DNA of 58,309 nucleotides from Bacillota bacterium (GTDB lineage: Bacteria > Bacillota > Limnochordia > DTU087): contig DUMM01000048.1 in assembly GCA_012839845.1 (NCBI GenBank), forward strand, positions 1 to 58,309, given 5' to 3'. Positions within the stretch are counted from its first letter, which is position 1; each line of letters starts with the position of its first letter. Below the pieces are notes generated by a model that worked only from the letters and a program-made list of their open reading frames with translations, had not been told where the DNA came from and searched no databases. Made by a program: the position numbers and the translations under genes. Positions 18,200 to 27,261 of this stretch are shown in pieces.

Positions 18200-18991
18200 A
18201 TGGCTAAAGAATTGGTTGTTGAAAACGTAAGCTTCAGTTACGGGCCGCGGCAGGTGATAGACAATATCAGCTTCAAAGTTCAAGCTGGGGAAATGCTGGG
18301 GATCATCGGGCCCAACGGGTCTGGCAAGACAACCCTGTTGAAGATCATCTCTAGGCTCTTGGTACCCGACCGAGGGCGTATTCTCATCGATGGGAAGGAT
18401 ACCGCTTCTTGGTCTCCTCGGGCTATGGCCAGAACCATGGCAGTTGTACCCCAGGAAACCCAGATCAGCTTTGATTTCACCGTGAGAGATATTGTAGAGA
18501 TGGGGCGAAGTCCGTATCTGCGCCGTTTCCAGGCCATGTCCAAGCGGGATCGGGAAATTGTGGAGCGGACCATGGAGGCTACCAATGTACTACACCTTGC
18601 TGATCGGCCCATAACCGAACTGTCTGGAGGAGAAAGGCAGCGGGTGATTGTGGCTAGAGCCCTGGCGCAGGAGCCGCAAATCTTGCTCTTAGATGAGCCC
18701 ACTGCCTCCTTGGACATTAATCATGAGGTGGAGATCTTCCAGCTGCTTCGGCACTTAACCAGCCGCAACGGCTTGATTACCCTTGTGGTTCTCCACGACT
18801 TAGATTTAGCAGCGGAGTACTGCGATCAGCTGCTTCTGTTGGCTCAGGGTAGAGTCATAGCTGATGGTTCGGCTGAGGAAGTTCTCAAGGGCGAAACTCT
18901 AGCGGGCGTGTATGGGGTAGATATCGTCGTCTACCCCAACCCCGTAACCGGCAAGCCTCAGGTGCAGGTACTGGCTCCCAGCCACCATTGA
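18200..18991 (+). CDS. ABC transporter ATP-binding protein (BtuD/FecE class)
   Basis: Walker A 'GPNGSGKTT', signature 'LSGGERQRV', Walker B 'LLLDEPTASLD', H-loop 'VLHDL'. Confidence 0.9.
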   Translation: MAKELVVENVSFSYGPRQVIDNISFKVQAGEMLGIIGPNGSGKTTLLKIISRLLVPDRGRILIDGKDTASWSPRAMARTMAVVPQETQISFDFTVRDIVEMGRSPYLRRFQAMSKRDREIVERTMEATNVLHLADRPITELSGGERQRVIVARALAQEPQILLLDEPTASLDINHEVEIFQLLRHLTSRNGLITLVVLHDLDLAAEYCDQLLLLAQGRVIADGSAEEVLKGETLAGVYGVDIVVYPNPVTGKPQVQVLAPSHH

Positions 18992-19078
18992 GTGGTTTCT
19001 GCTTCAAGAATAGACTCCTGCTTTCCCTGGAAAACGGGATGGAGGTGCGGCAAGCTGCCTTGGAATTGGGAGGGGATT

Positions 19079-19624
19079 TTGTTGGGCGCGGGTGCCTATC
19101 GTCTGGATTTCGGCCTTGTGCAGGTATATACTGGGGACGGCAAGGGAAAGACCACCGCGGCGTTGGGCCAAGCTCTGCGGGCTTTAGGTCGCGGCCTTAG
19201 GGTCTATATGGCCCAGTTCATCAAAGGTCAGGAATCTGGGGAGCATCTTGCCGCACAGCGGCTGACTCCCGGTTTGACTATCACCCAGTTGGGCACAGGG
19301 GAGTTTATCATCGATAGGAAGCCCACCACGGAGGAGCTGGCTTTGGCGGAAGCAGGATGGTCGGAGATCTGCCGGGTGGTGGGGGACGGAAGCTGTGATG
19401 TGGTGATCCTTGATGAAATCAGCCATGCAGTGAAGGTCGGTCTGATTTCCGTTGAGCGAGTTCTAGAACTGGTGAACAAGCGCCCCAAGCATGTGGAGAT
19501 AATTCTCACCGGTCGGGACATGCCGGTTGAGCTTATTGCTGCAGCAGATCTTGTTACTGAAATGCGCTGCATCAAGCACCCTTACCAGCAAGGTGTAAAG
19601 GTGCGAAAGGGGATCGAGTATTGA
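19079..19624 (+). CDS. cobO: cob(I)yrinic acid a,c-diamide adenosyltransferase (CobO/BtuR type)
   Basis: 'GLVQVYTGDGKGKTTAALGQALRALGRGLRVYMAQFIKG...VVILDEI...IILTGR...DLVTEMRCIKHPY' is canonical CobO. A TTG start at 19079 or 19082 follows GGGAGGGGA; the ORF-track N-terminus from 18992 is probably spurious. Confidence 0.85.
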   Translation: MLGAGAYRLDFGLVQVYTGDGKGKTTAALGQALRALGRGLRVYMAQFIKGQESGEHLAAQRLTPGLTITQLGTGEFIIDRKPTTEELALAEAGWSEICRVVGDGSCDVVILDEISHAVKVGLISVERVLELVNKRPKHVEIILTGRDMPVELIAAADLVTEMRCIKHPYQQGVKVRKGIEY

Positions 19625-20673
19625 GGAAGAACTTAAGCAGTCGGGGAAAAAAGTGGGCGCTGACCATCGCAGTTCTTGTCCTTTTGCTCATCCTTGCGGC
19701 TGTTATCTCCGCGGCGGTAGGACCGGCGGACATTGCTGCTGCTGATATTGCCCAGATGCTCCTGTACGAGCTTCTCGGTATGGAGGAGGAGTTGGACCGT
19801 TGGCCTTTATCCCACAGAATGATCGTCTTCCAGGTGCGGCTGCCTAGAATCATCTTGGCCGTTATTGTAGGCGGGGGTCTAGCTATGGCCGGTGCAACCT
19901 ACCAGGGACTGCTCCAAAACTCAATGGCGGATCCTTATATAATCGGGGTATCCGCGGGGGCATCTTTGGGCGCCACCATAGCTATCCTGCTGCGGACCAG
20001 ATACATTAATTTGGGCCTTTCTTTTGTGACTTTGCTGGCCTTTCTGGGAGCGGTCCTGACCATTTTTTTGGTATATAATATAGCTCGGGTTGGCGGACGG
20101 GTGCCCATCGGTACCCTGCTCCTGGCAGGGGTAGCTGTTAGTTCCTTCTTTTCGGCGTTAGTGTCTTTCTTGATGGTGGTAGCCAACCAGTCGATGCCGG
20201 AAATCGTGTACTGGATGATGGGCAGCCTCTCGGGCAGAAGTTGGAATCATGTGAAGGCCAGCCTGCCCTACTTAGCACTGGGAGGACTGGTAGTGCTGTT
20301 TTACTCCCGGGAGCTGAACATCCTTTTGGTTGGGGAAGAGACAGCCCAGAACCTGGGAGTAAATGTGGAACAGGTGAAGGCTGTTCTCCTCATTGCCGGC
20401 TCGCTGATGGCAGCGGCAGCTGTGTCGGTCAGCGGTGTTATCGGTTTTGTGGGTTTGATCATTCCCCATTCTGTCAGAATAATTACCGGACCGGATCACC
20501 GCATTTTGCTGCCGGCAGCGGGGCTGGTAGGCGCTGTTTTCCTTGTCATTGCCGATACCGCGGCGCGAACCATTCTTGCTCCTGCCGAACTGCCTGTAGG
20601 AGTGATTACTGCCGTAACCGGTGCACCGTTTTTTGTTTACCTTCTCAGGCGGCAAAAGCAAAGCCGTTTTTAG
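19621..20673 (+). CDS. ABC transporter permease (FecCD/BtuC family)
   Basis: About 9-10 TM helices, with 'RLPRIILAVIVGGGLAMAGATYQGLLQN.MADPYIIGVSAGASLG' and 'GFVGLIIPH..R...GPDHR', the FecCD hallmarks. Start overlaps the cobO stop by 4 nt. Confidence 0.9.
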   Translation: MRKNLSSRGKKWALTIAVLVLLLILAAVISAAVGPADIAAADIAQMLLYELLGMEEELDRWPLSHRMIVFQVRLPRIILAVIVGGGLAMAGATYQGLLQNSMADPYIIGVSAGASLGATIAILLRTRYINLGLSFVTLLAFLGAVLTIFLVYNIARVGGRVPIGTLLLAGVAVSSFFSALVSFLMVVANQSMPEIVYWMMGSLSGRSWNHVKASLPYLALGGLVVLFYSRELNILLVGEETAQNLGVNVEQVKAVLLIAGSLMAAAAVSVSGVIGFVGLIIPHSVRIITGPDHRILLPAAGLVGAVFLVIADTAARTILAPAELPVGVITAVTGAPFFVYLLRRQKQSRF

Positions 20674-20761
20674 TCAAGGGCCTCTCAAGTATTGAGTTTG
20701 GGTTAATGCAAGGGAAAGGGGATACCCTACAGATAAGAGGGAAGTTCTAGAGAGGAGGGAG

Positions 20762-20800
20762 CCGCCCTTGTCCCTGCCAAGGTATGGGGGCGGTTTAAGA
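20762..20800 (+). terminator. possible terminator of the btu/cobO operon
   Basis: Bulged hairpin CCGCCCTTG...CAAGG-TAT-GGGGGCGG followed by TTTAAGAATTT. Confidence 0.4.
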
Positions 20801-20804
20801 ATTT

Positions 20805-22238
20805 ATGGCGAGCGGAACAAATCGCATCAAATTCGGTACCGACGGCTGGCGGGCAGTTATGTGCGACACGTTTACCTTTGCCAATGTCCGTTTAGTCGTC
20901 CAGGCCATAGCCGCCTATCTATTGGATAGCGGAAAAGCTGACAGAGGTATTATCGTCGGCCATGATGCCAGATTTCTGGGGGAACGTTTTGCGCAGGAGG
21001 CGGCTAAGGTCCTGATAGCCAACGGGATCAAAGTCTATATGTTTCCCGATGATGTACCGACGCCGGTGACAGCCTACGCGGTCACTCTGCACCAGACGGC
21101 CGGCGCTGTAATGTTTACCGCCAGTCACAATCCACCCGAGTACAACGGGATCAAGTACATACCTGAGTACGGCGGACCGGCTACCACCGACATCACCAAA
21201 GCCATTGAGGGCAGAGTCGGCCTCCCTGTGCCGGAGGGAGTGGATGGAGTAGACCTGGGAACTGCTCAGAGGGAAGGACGCCTGGAGATCATCGAGCCCC
21301 GGGAAGAGTATTTTAGGCACCTCAGCACTCTGATTGATTTCCACGCCATCGCCGAAAGCGGCTTGAAGATTATCTGTGACCCGATGCACGGTTCGGGGCG
21401 TCATTATCTGCCTGAAGCACTGCAGGCCAACGGCTGCCGGGTTGAAGTGATCCGGGGCAATCGGGACCCGCTGTTCGGCGGCGGTTTGCCTGAACCTACC
21501 GCTGCTCAGCTTATTCCTCTAGCAGAAAAGGTAAGAGAAAGCGGCAGTCACCTGGGTTTGGCTACCGATGGAGATGCTGACCGATTTGGGGTAATTGACG
21601 GTACCGGCCGGTACATCACTCCCAACCAAGTGGTGGCTCTGCTGCTGGTCCATTTGGTGGAACACCGAGGGTATACAGGTGATGTGGTGCGGACAGTGGC
21701 CACAACCCACCTGGTGGATAGGCTGGCTGCCAAGTACGGTCTCAATGTGCTGGAGACGCCGGTGGGATTCAAGTATATCTGTGAACATATGCGCAGCAGA
21801 CCTGTGATCATCGGTGGAGAGGAAAGCGGCGGCCTCAGCATCGGAGGCCACATCCCGGAAAAGGACGGAATATTGGCTGATCTGCTGGTTGCTGAGATGC
21901 GGGCAGTTTGGGATGAAGACCTCAGTACGATACTAGACCGCATCACGGCCGATGTGGGGCCGGTGTTCAGCCGGCGCATTGACTTAAGCTATCCCGACGA
22001 AAAGAAGACTACTCTGCTGAAGGAACTGGCAGCAGCGCCTCCGGAGACTGTAGCAGGGAAAAAGCTTCGGCAAATCACCAATATTGATGGGGTGAAGTTT
22101 GTTTTTGAAGACGACAGCTGGTTCCTGATCAGGCCTTCGGGAACTGAACCGCTTCTGCGGGTATATATCGAGGCAGAATCAGAGGCAAAGGTAGAAGAAC
22201 TTCAAGCTGCCGCTGCCGCGATAATCCAACAGCATTAG
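20805..22238 (+). CDS. phosphoglucomutase/phosphomannomutase family protein (alpha-D-phosphohexomutase)
   Basis: 'KFGTDGWRA', active-site 'FTASHNPPEYNGIK', metal loop 'GLATDGDADRFGV', sugar loop 'GGEESGG', phosphate loop 'IRPSGTEPLLRVY'. Confidence 0.88.
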   Translation: MASGTNRIKFGTDGWRAVMCDTFTFANVRLVVQAIAAYLLDSGKADRGIIVGHDARFLGERFAQEAAKVLIANGIKVYMFPDDVPTPVTAYAVTLHQTAGAVMFTASHNPPEYNGIKYIPEYGGPATTDITKAIEGRVGLPVPEGVDGVDLGTAQREGRLEIIEPREEYFRHLSTLIDFHAIAESGLKIICDPMHGSGRHYLPEALQANGCRVEVIRGNRDPLFGGGLPEPTAAQLIPLAEKVRESGSHLGLATDGDADRFGVIDGTGRYITPNQVVALLLVHLVEHRGYTGDVVRTVATTHLVDRLAAKYGLNVLETPVGFKYICEHMRSRPVIIGGEESGGLSIGGHIPEKDGILADLLVAEMRAVWDEDLSTILDRITADVGPVFSRRIDLSYPDEKKTTLLKELAAAPPETVAGKKLRQITNIDGVKFVFEDDSWFLIRPSGTEPLLRVYIEAESEAKVEELQAAAAAIIQQH

Positions 22239-22322
22239 GTCTAGCCGTCTTAAGTCAGCTCCCGCATAGTCTTTTGCCCTGCCCACACATACTAAGATAA
22301 ACTGGTAGGGAGGAGACAGCGA

Positions 22323-23453
22323 ATGTCAGAAAGGCCGTTTCGCATTTCCCGGGAGCTGCTGATCGTATTGATAGTCTGCGCTGCCGTAGGACTATTTGGA
22401 AGCTGGTGGGTGGACCATCGTTGGGGTGCGAGGTCTTTGCCCCCCGGGTCGGAGGAAATCAAAGCAGAAGAGCAATCCGACGGCGGGAACGAGACTGATG
22501 TCTTGCGGAGCCTCGAAAATGCTGCCGTAAAGGTAGTCGAAAAGGTCGGCCCAGCGGTAGTGCGGATCGAAACAGTGGAGAAGGCTGTTGTCAATGATTT
22601 TTTCGTTGGGCAGATCATCCAGGAGAGAGAGGGCATCGGCTCAGGAGTGATCATCGATGAAGACGGACATATAATTACCAACAATCACGTGATTTCCGAT
22701 GCCTCAGAGATCATGGTGTACCTGCCCAATCGGACAGACCCCTATCGGGGCAGGGTGGTGGGAACCGATCCCTTCACCGACTTGGCGGTGGTTAGAATCT
22801 CCGGCAGGGACCTGCCTGCAGCGCCTTTGGGAAATTCCGATGAGCTGCGGGTGGGGCAGATAGTCATAGCCATAGGCAATCCCTACGGTTTCGAAAGCTC
22901 TGTGACCTTGGGCCTTGTCAGCGCGTTGGGCAGGGGCCTGCTTCTCGATCCCAAGTATAACCTTCAGATAGAAGGGGTTATCCAAACCGATGCTTCTATC
23001 AATCCCGGCAACAGCGGCGGTCCACTCTTGAACCTAAACGGAGAGGTTGTGGGCATCAACACTGCAATTATTCAAAATGCCCAGGGAATCGGTTTTGCTA
23101 TTCCCATTAATACTGCCCGGGCTATAGCTGAGGAGCTCATCGCTCACGGCAAAATACTCAGGCTGGGTATCCTGGGCGGTACCATCGATGAGGTCTTTGC
23201 GGCCCGGTATGAACGGAACACAGGTAAGAGCCTGCCGGTGAAGAGCGGTGTCTTTGTAGTAGAAGTGGTTCCCAACGAGCCGGCGGCGGCCGCTGGGCTG
23301 CAGCCGGGGGATCTGATCTTCGCCGTCGGCGGTGATCGGATCAGGTCCATGGAGGAATTAACTGCCAAGGTAAGAGAGGCCGGCCACGGTGGGGAGCTGG
23401 CTATCGATTTCTACCGCGGAGAAGAACGCTTCGTGACTACTGCCCGGCTGTAG
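22323..23453 (+). CDS. HtrA/DegP-family serine protease with one PDZ domain
   Basis: N-terminal TM, catalytic triad context 'TNNHVI', 'DLAVV', 'GNSGGPLLN', then a PDZ segment 'GVFVVEVVPNEPAAAAGLQPGDLIFAVGG'. Confidence 0.9.
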   Translation: MSERPFRISRELLIVLIVCAAVGLFGSWWVDHRWGARSLPPGSEEIKAEEQSDGGNETDVLRSLENAAVKVVEKVGPAVVRIETVEKAVVNDFFVGQIIQEREGIGSGVIIDEDGHIITNNHVISDASEIMVYLPNRTDPYRGRVVGTDPFTDLAVVRISGRDLPAAPLGNSDELRVGQIVIAIGNPYGFESSVTLGLVSALGRGLLLDPKYNLQIEGVIQTDASINPGNSGGPLLNLNGEVVGINTAIIQNAQGIGFAIPINTARAIAEELIAHGKILRLGILGGTIDEVFAARYERNTGKSLPVKSGVFVVEVVPNEPAAAAGLQPGDLIFAVGGDRIRSMEELTAKVREAGHGGELAIDFYRGEERFVTTARL

Positions 23454-23492
23454 CCGCTGATTTCCCCTCCGGCAGGCTGTGGGAGGGGTGCT

Positions 23493-23978
23493 GTGGTGCT
23501 GCGGGTCACTATAGTTGCGGTTGGAAAACTGAAGGAGCGGTATCTGGCTGAAGGCATTGCAGAATACAGTAAGCGATTGCGGTCTTACTGCCAGCTTAAC
23601 ATCGTAGAAGTGAAAGACGAACCCTTTCGAGACGGATACTCCCCAGCTGAGCAAGAGGCGGTGAAGTCTAAGGAAGCCCAGCGGATTCTGAAGGCTATAC
23701 CCGAGAGGAGCTATGTCATTGCCCTGGACCTCCGGGGCGAGATGAAGACTTCGGAGGAAATGGCGGCGGTGATTGATCGGCTGGGAGTAGATGGTTGGCA
23801 TCACCTTGTCTTTCTTATCGGGGGCCCGCTGGGAATTCATCCTTCGGTTATCGATGCGGCCCACATGCGCCTTTCCTTCTCTCTCTTTACCTTTCCCCAT
23901 CAGCTGATGCGCCTCATTCTCTTGGAACAGCTTTATCGGTGGTTTACCATCAGCCGCGGGGAATCATACCACTATTGA
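23493..23978 (+). CDS. rlmH: 23S rRNA (pseudouridine1915-N3)-methyltransferase
   Basis: 'VTIVAVGKLKERYLAEGIAEYSKRL...FLIGGPLGIHPSVIDAAHMRLSFSLFTFPHQLMRLILLEQLYR' is the SPOUT RlmH signature. Confidence 0.9.
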   Translation: MVLRVTIVAVGKLKERYLAEGIAEYSKRLRSYCQLNIVEVKDEPFRDGYSPAEQEAVKSKEAQRILKAIPERSYVIALDLRGEMKTSEEMAAVIDRLGVDGWHHLVFLIGGPLGIHPSVIDAAHMRLSFSLFTFPHQLMRLILLEQLYRWFTISRGESYHY

Positions 23979-23991
23979 TGATAAGAAAACA

Positions 23992-24020
23992 AGAGCCAAG
24001 GGTTTCGCCCTTGGCTCTTA
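23992..24020. terminator. shared hairpin terminator between convergent rlmH and isomerase genes
   Basis: Perfect 12-bp stem AAGAGCCAAGGG / CCCTTGGCTCTT with a 5-nt loop. The A-run upstream gives a U-tract for the minus-strand transcript. Confidence 0.7.
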
Positions 24021-24045
24021 GCTATCTGGTGATCAACCCTGCTGA

Positions 24046-25455
24046 TCATCCTTTGTGGTAATACACGTCCCAGCCCAGATACTTGGATAGAGCTTCATAA
24101 ACTGCGCAGGCCACCTGGGCTTGGGTGATGGCCACATGGTGTTCGAAGCCATTGCTGCAGATGTGCTTCATCAGGCACTGCAGTCCTGGGATCTTCGCTA
24201 CTCCGTAGCCACCGAAGGTGGTCAGTGCATCATCAGTGAAGGCGCCTTCGCCAACATAGGCCCTGATCTTGCCGCAGATATCATCCGAGCTGAGTCGGGC
24301 AAAGGTAAAGGGCCCGGGCTTAACTCTTCCCTGAATGGTGCCGTAGGCATTCTCATTGCCAACGGTGCCGCCCACAATGTCCTGGTAGGACATCTTGGCA
24401 TCCTCCAGCATATCCTTGGGGAAGTTGCTGCAGTGGAAAGCTACCAGCATGTCGGGGTCTTGGCCGTAGTTGTTGTTCCAGTCGATGATGGCACTGGGCT
24501 TTTCGGAGGCAGCCTGTAGTGCCAGCATGCTCAGGAGGCCCATTACATCCACTTCACAGGCACTGGGCAGCAGGGAGTTGCTCATCATGCTCATGACGGC
24601 ACAGGGAGCGATCCCGAAGAACTCCTCTATGGAGGTCCAGCACTGGATGGTGGTGCCGATGAGGTCGTTAGCCTTCATCCACCGGTCGATGACCACTGCG
24701 AACTTGGCCATCTTCATCAGGGCAACCTCCGGGACGCCTGCAGTCTGGACGTAATCCTTGATATCCCTCAGGCGGGCCTGGACAGCTTCATCGCTGTCGC
24801 TTAACTGGCCAACGCGGCCGAAGACCTCTGACAGGTCTATGGGCTCTACGGAGATTCCACTTGCCTCCAAGAGCTTTTCGCTGTAGCGGACAGTATTGAA
24901 GTTGGCCGGACGGGTGCCGATGGCACCTACGCGGGCGCCCCTCAAAGTCTTTACAACCCGGCAGACTGCAGCAAACCACTTCAAGTCTTCAGCAAAGGCA
25001 GGATCTTCGGGGTCAAGGGTGTGTTTGGAAGTCAGTGAGAAAGGAATGCCGTACTGGCGCAGGTTGTTGCACACTGAAATCTTGCCGCAGAAACTGTCTC
25101 TTCTATGGGCAAGATCCATTTTGGACACATCATCAGCAAAGGCATGGACCAAAACGGGTACCTTCAGTCCCGAGAGCCGAATGGTATTGGCTACGCCCCG
25201 CTCATCGCCGAAGTTGGGCAGCGTGACGAGAATGCCGTCGATCTCGTCCTGGTGCTCCCTAAAGAGAGCTGCGCATTTTTGGGCATCTTCCCAGGTTTCC
25301 ACAGTCCCGAGGTTAGTGTCTTCTGGGGAAAGGGCGATAACTTTCATGCCCAGCTGTTCAAGTACCTTGATGACAGCGGCCCTTCCGTTTTCACAGAGGC
25401 TGTCTGGGAAGAAATTGCGGTTGCCCACAATCAGCCCCAACGTGACTTGAGACAT
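24046..25455 (-). CDS. L-fucose/L-arabinose isomerase family protein
   Basis: About 470 aa, starting 'MSQVTLGLIVGNRNFFPD', with a C-terminal 'GFEHHVAI' segment typical of the FucI/AraA-like C-terminal domain. ATG at 25455 lies 7 nt after GAAGGAGG. Confidence 0.8.
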   Translation of the reverse strand: MSQVTLGLIVGNRNFFPDSLCENGRAAVIKVLEQLGMKVIALSPEDTNLGTVETWEDAQKCAALFREHQDEIDGILVTLPNFGDERGVANTIRLSGLKVPVLVHAFADDVSKMDLAHRRDSFCGKISVCNNLRQYGIPFSLTSKHTLDPEDPAFAEDLKWFAAVCRVVKTLRGARVGAIGTRPANFNTVRYSEKLLEASGISVEPIDLSEVFGRVGQLSDSDEAVQARLRDIKDYVQTAGVPEVALMKMAKFAVVIDRWMKANDLIGTTIQCWTSIEEFFGIAPCAVMSMMSNSLLPSACEVDVMGLLSMLALQAASEKPSAIIDWNNNYGQDPDMLVAFHCSNFPKDMLEDAKMSYQDIVGGTVGNENAYGTIQGRVKPGPFTFARLSSDDICGKIRAYVGEGAFTDDALTTFGGYGVAKIPGLQCLMKHICSNGFEHHVAITQAQVACAVYEALSKYLGWDVYYHKG

Positions 25456-25578
25456 GTTCTTACCTCCTTCGATTGCCGACTCTGCCACTCACTGAACCGT
25501 GGCATGCCGTTTACTACCTGATAAAGATTCTTCACAACAAAGCAGATTCCTGTTTACCCTAGAGCGAAAACCTCACTG

Positions 25579-25587
25579 CAGGAAAGC
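25579..25587. repeat. target-site duplication (left copy) of the IS
   Basis: CAGGAAAGC directly abuts the left IS end. An identical 9-mer lies at 27167-27175. Confidence 0.85.
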
Positions 25588-27166
25588 CTTAGTGTAAAGT
25601 TATTGTAGGTCATCCAGATAGGAAGATGCTGGGAGAGAATAGAAAAGAGATCTCACTGCCATTCCTGGTGGCAGAGCACAAGGCTCTAAGGAGTGAGATC
25701 TCTTATGAACATAGTTCGGGTTGTATTCGAGGAGTTCCTGCAGTTCGCAGATGAGGTTTTTGGTTTTTTGGATGGTGAATGGGATTATCCAACATTTGTT
25801 GAGAACGTAGAGAAGCTCCTGGACGATCTTGGTAAGAAGCTGTGCCGTGAAGTTCTAGAAGCTGCGGATGTATGGTTGAAGGAAAACCCCAAGGAGCGGC
25901 AAGGCTGGACGGTGGTCCGACGTGATCCTAAGAGCCTGTTAACGCCGTTTGGAGAGGTGCATTACGAGCGCAGGTACTATTACAACGAGAAGCTAGGAAC
26001 CTATGCGTATCTGGTTGACCAAGCGATAGGAATCACGCCCCACACAAGGATTGACACCCTGGTGAAGACGAGGTTAGTCGATGCGGCAACAGACATGTCC
26101 TATCGCAAAGCTGGTAAGCAAGGTTGGTCATCGCCGGAAGATACTGTAAGCGGTCAGACTGTAATGAATGTCATCCGAGAGACGTCCTTAGCTGCTTCTC
26201 CAATAGATTCAAGCAATGGTAAAAGAACACAAACGCGCTATCTACATGTCCAAGCCGATGAGGATCACATAAAGAAGCAAGATGGGGGCATAGCCCTCGC
26301 CAAATTAGTGTACACGACCGATGGCTATGGTAGAGGCTGGGGTGAACGGAAGACCCTTAACAACGTTCATTACACCGCCGGAGTATACCGAGACAACGAA
26401 GTACTGTACCAAGAAGTGTACGAAAGCATTGATGGAAATTACGACATTGATTCCATCGAGAAGATCTACGTTTATGGTGACGGTGCACCGTGGATCCGGG
26501 GTTTGGCGGAATACCTGGGAGCAGTTTTCCTGCTGGATAAGTACCACATTAACAAGTGTATTACCGAATCACTAGCCTTTTGTCCCGAGCTGCGCATTGA
26601 GTTGCTGCAAGCGGTTAGGGCCTTCGACCTCAAAGCAGTTAAATCTGTCTTGAGTAAGGCCCGGAAAGCGGCAATGACCGAAAGCGAAAGGCAGCGGGTA
26701 GCTCAATGTAGACGATACTTGGTTGGCAACTGGGATGGAATCATTGCGTGGAAGGAAGAAGCCCCCTACGTCATAGGTTGTAGTGCTGAAGGCCATGTAA
26801 GCCACGTACTATCCTCTCGGTTAAGCAGCCGGCCAATGGCATGGAGCGAAGCCGGGGCTGACCAGATGGCCAAGCTAAGAGCCATGAAAGCCAACGGTGT
26901 TTCAATCAAAGAACATATCTTGCGCCAGAACAAATTCGGCGCAAAACTTGCCATAGCAGTCAAAGCTGCACTACCAACCCAACGGGAGAGGCTGCGCAAG
27001 GTTTCAGGAGAAGTACTGGGGAACATGCCGGTGACGAGCGGTTCTTCTGCCTACATGAGAAGACTGCTCAAACAGCTCAACTCAATCACGATCATCTAGC
27101 CTGGTAATCTGCCCCTGCAATAGGGTGAGACTCTTTGTTCCAGACCTACAGTATCTTGACGCTATC
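25588..27166 (+). mobile_element. ISLre2-family (UPF0236-type) insertion sequence, apparently intact
   Basis: 1579 bp with a single transposase ORF. Terminal inverted repeats CTTAGTGTAAAGTTATTGTAGGTC (left) and GATAGCGTCAAGATACTGTAGGTC (reverse complement of the right end) match at 18 of 22 over positions 3-24. Flanked by a perfect 9-bp direct repeat. Confidence 0.85.
25705..27099 (+). CDS. ISLre2/UPF0236-family transposase
   Basis: N-terminus 'MNIVRVVFEEFLQFADEVF...WDYPTFVENVEKLLDDLGKKLCREVLEAAD...RQGWTVVRRDPKSLLTPFGEVHYERRYY' matches my memory of UPF0236 transposases of thermophilic Firmicutes. 'LHVQADEDHI', 'YVYGDGAPWI' and 'LDKYHINK' look like DDE-region blocks. Confidence 0.85.
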   Translation: MNIVRVVFEEFLQFADEVFGFLDGEWDYPTFVENVEKLLDDLGKKLCREVLEAADVWLKENPKERQGWTVVRRDPKSLLTPFGEVHYERRYYYNEKLGTYAYLVDQAIGITPHTRIDTLVKTRLVDAATDMSYRKAGKQGWSSPEDTVSGQTVMNVIRETSLAASPIDSSNGKRTQTRYLHVQADEDHIKKQDGGIALAKLVYTTDGYGRGWGERKTLNNVHYTAGVYRDNEVLYQEVYESIDGNYDIDSIEKIYVYGDGAPWIRGLAEYLGAVFLLDKYHINKCITESLAFCPELRIELLQAVRAFDLKAVKSVLSKARKAAMTESERQRVAQCRRYLVGNWDGIIAWKEEAPYVIGCSAEGHVSHVLSSRLSSRPMAWSEAGADQMAKLRAMKANGVSIKEHILRQNKFGAKLAIAVKAALPTQRERLRKVSGEVLGNMPVTSGSSAYMRRLLKQLNSITII

Positions 27167-27175
27167 CAGGAAAGC
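27167..27175. repeat. target-site duplication (right copy) of the IS
   Basis: CAGGAAAGC, identical to 25579-25587. Confidence 0.85.
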
Positions 27176-27181
27176 TGACAA

Positions 27182-27211
27182 TTGCAGAGAAAGGCTGTGT
27201 ATGGGTATAAT
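27182..27211 (+). promoter_or_regulatory. candidate sigma-A promoter of glyQS
   Basis: TTGCAG (27182-27187), 18-nt spacer, TATAAT (27206-27211), about 50 nt upstream of the glyQS ATG and only 7 nt from the IS target duplication. Confidence 0.45.
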
Positions 27212-27261
27212 AGGTCGAGACCACTGGTTGAAGTGCTACATACTGGGAAGGAGTACAAGCC

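Noticed and set aside
27176-27261. T-box leaders upstream of glyQS (also checked for argS at 41139-41233 and lysS at 56577-56670).
   Set aside because: The leaders are only about 85-95 nt. They lack the T-box consensus (AAnnnGGGTGGTACCGCG), a specifier-loop architecture and a terminator/antiterminator pair. Joining the two flanks of the IS does not recreate a T-box either.
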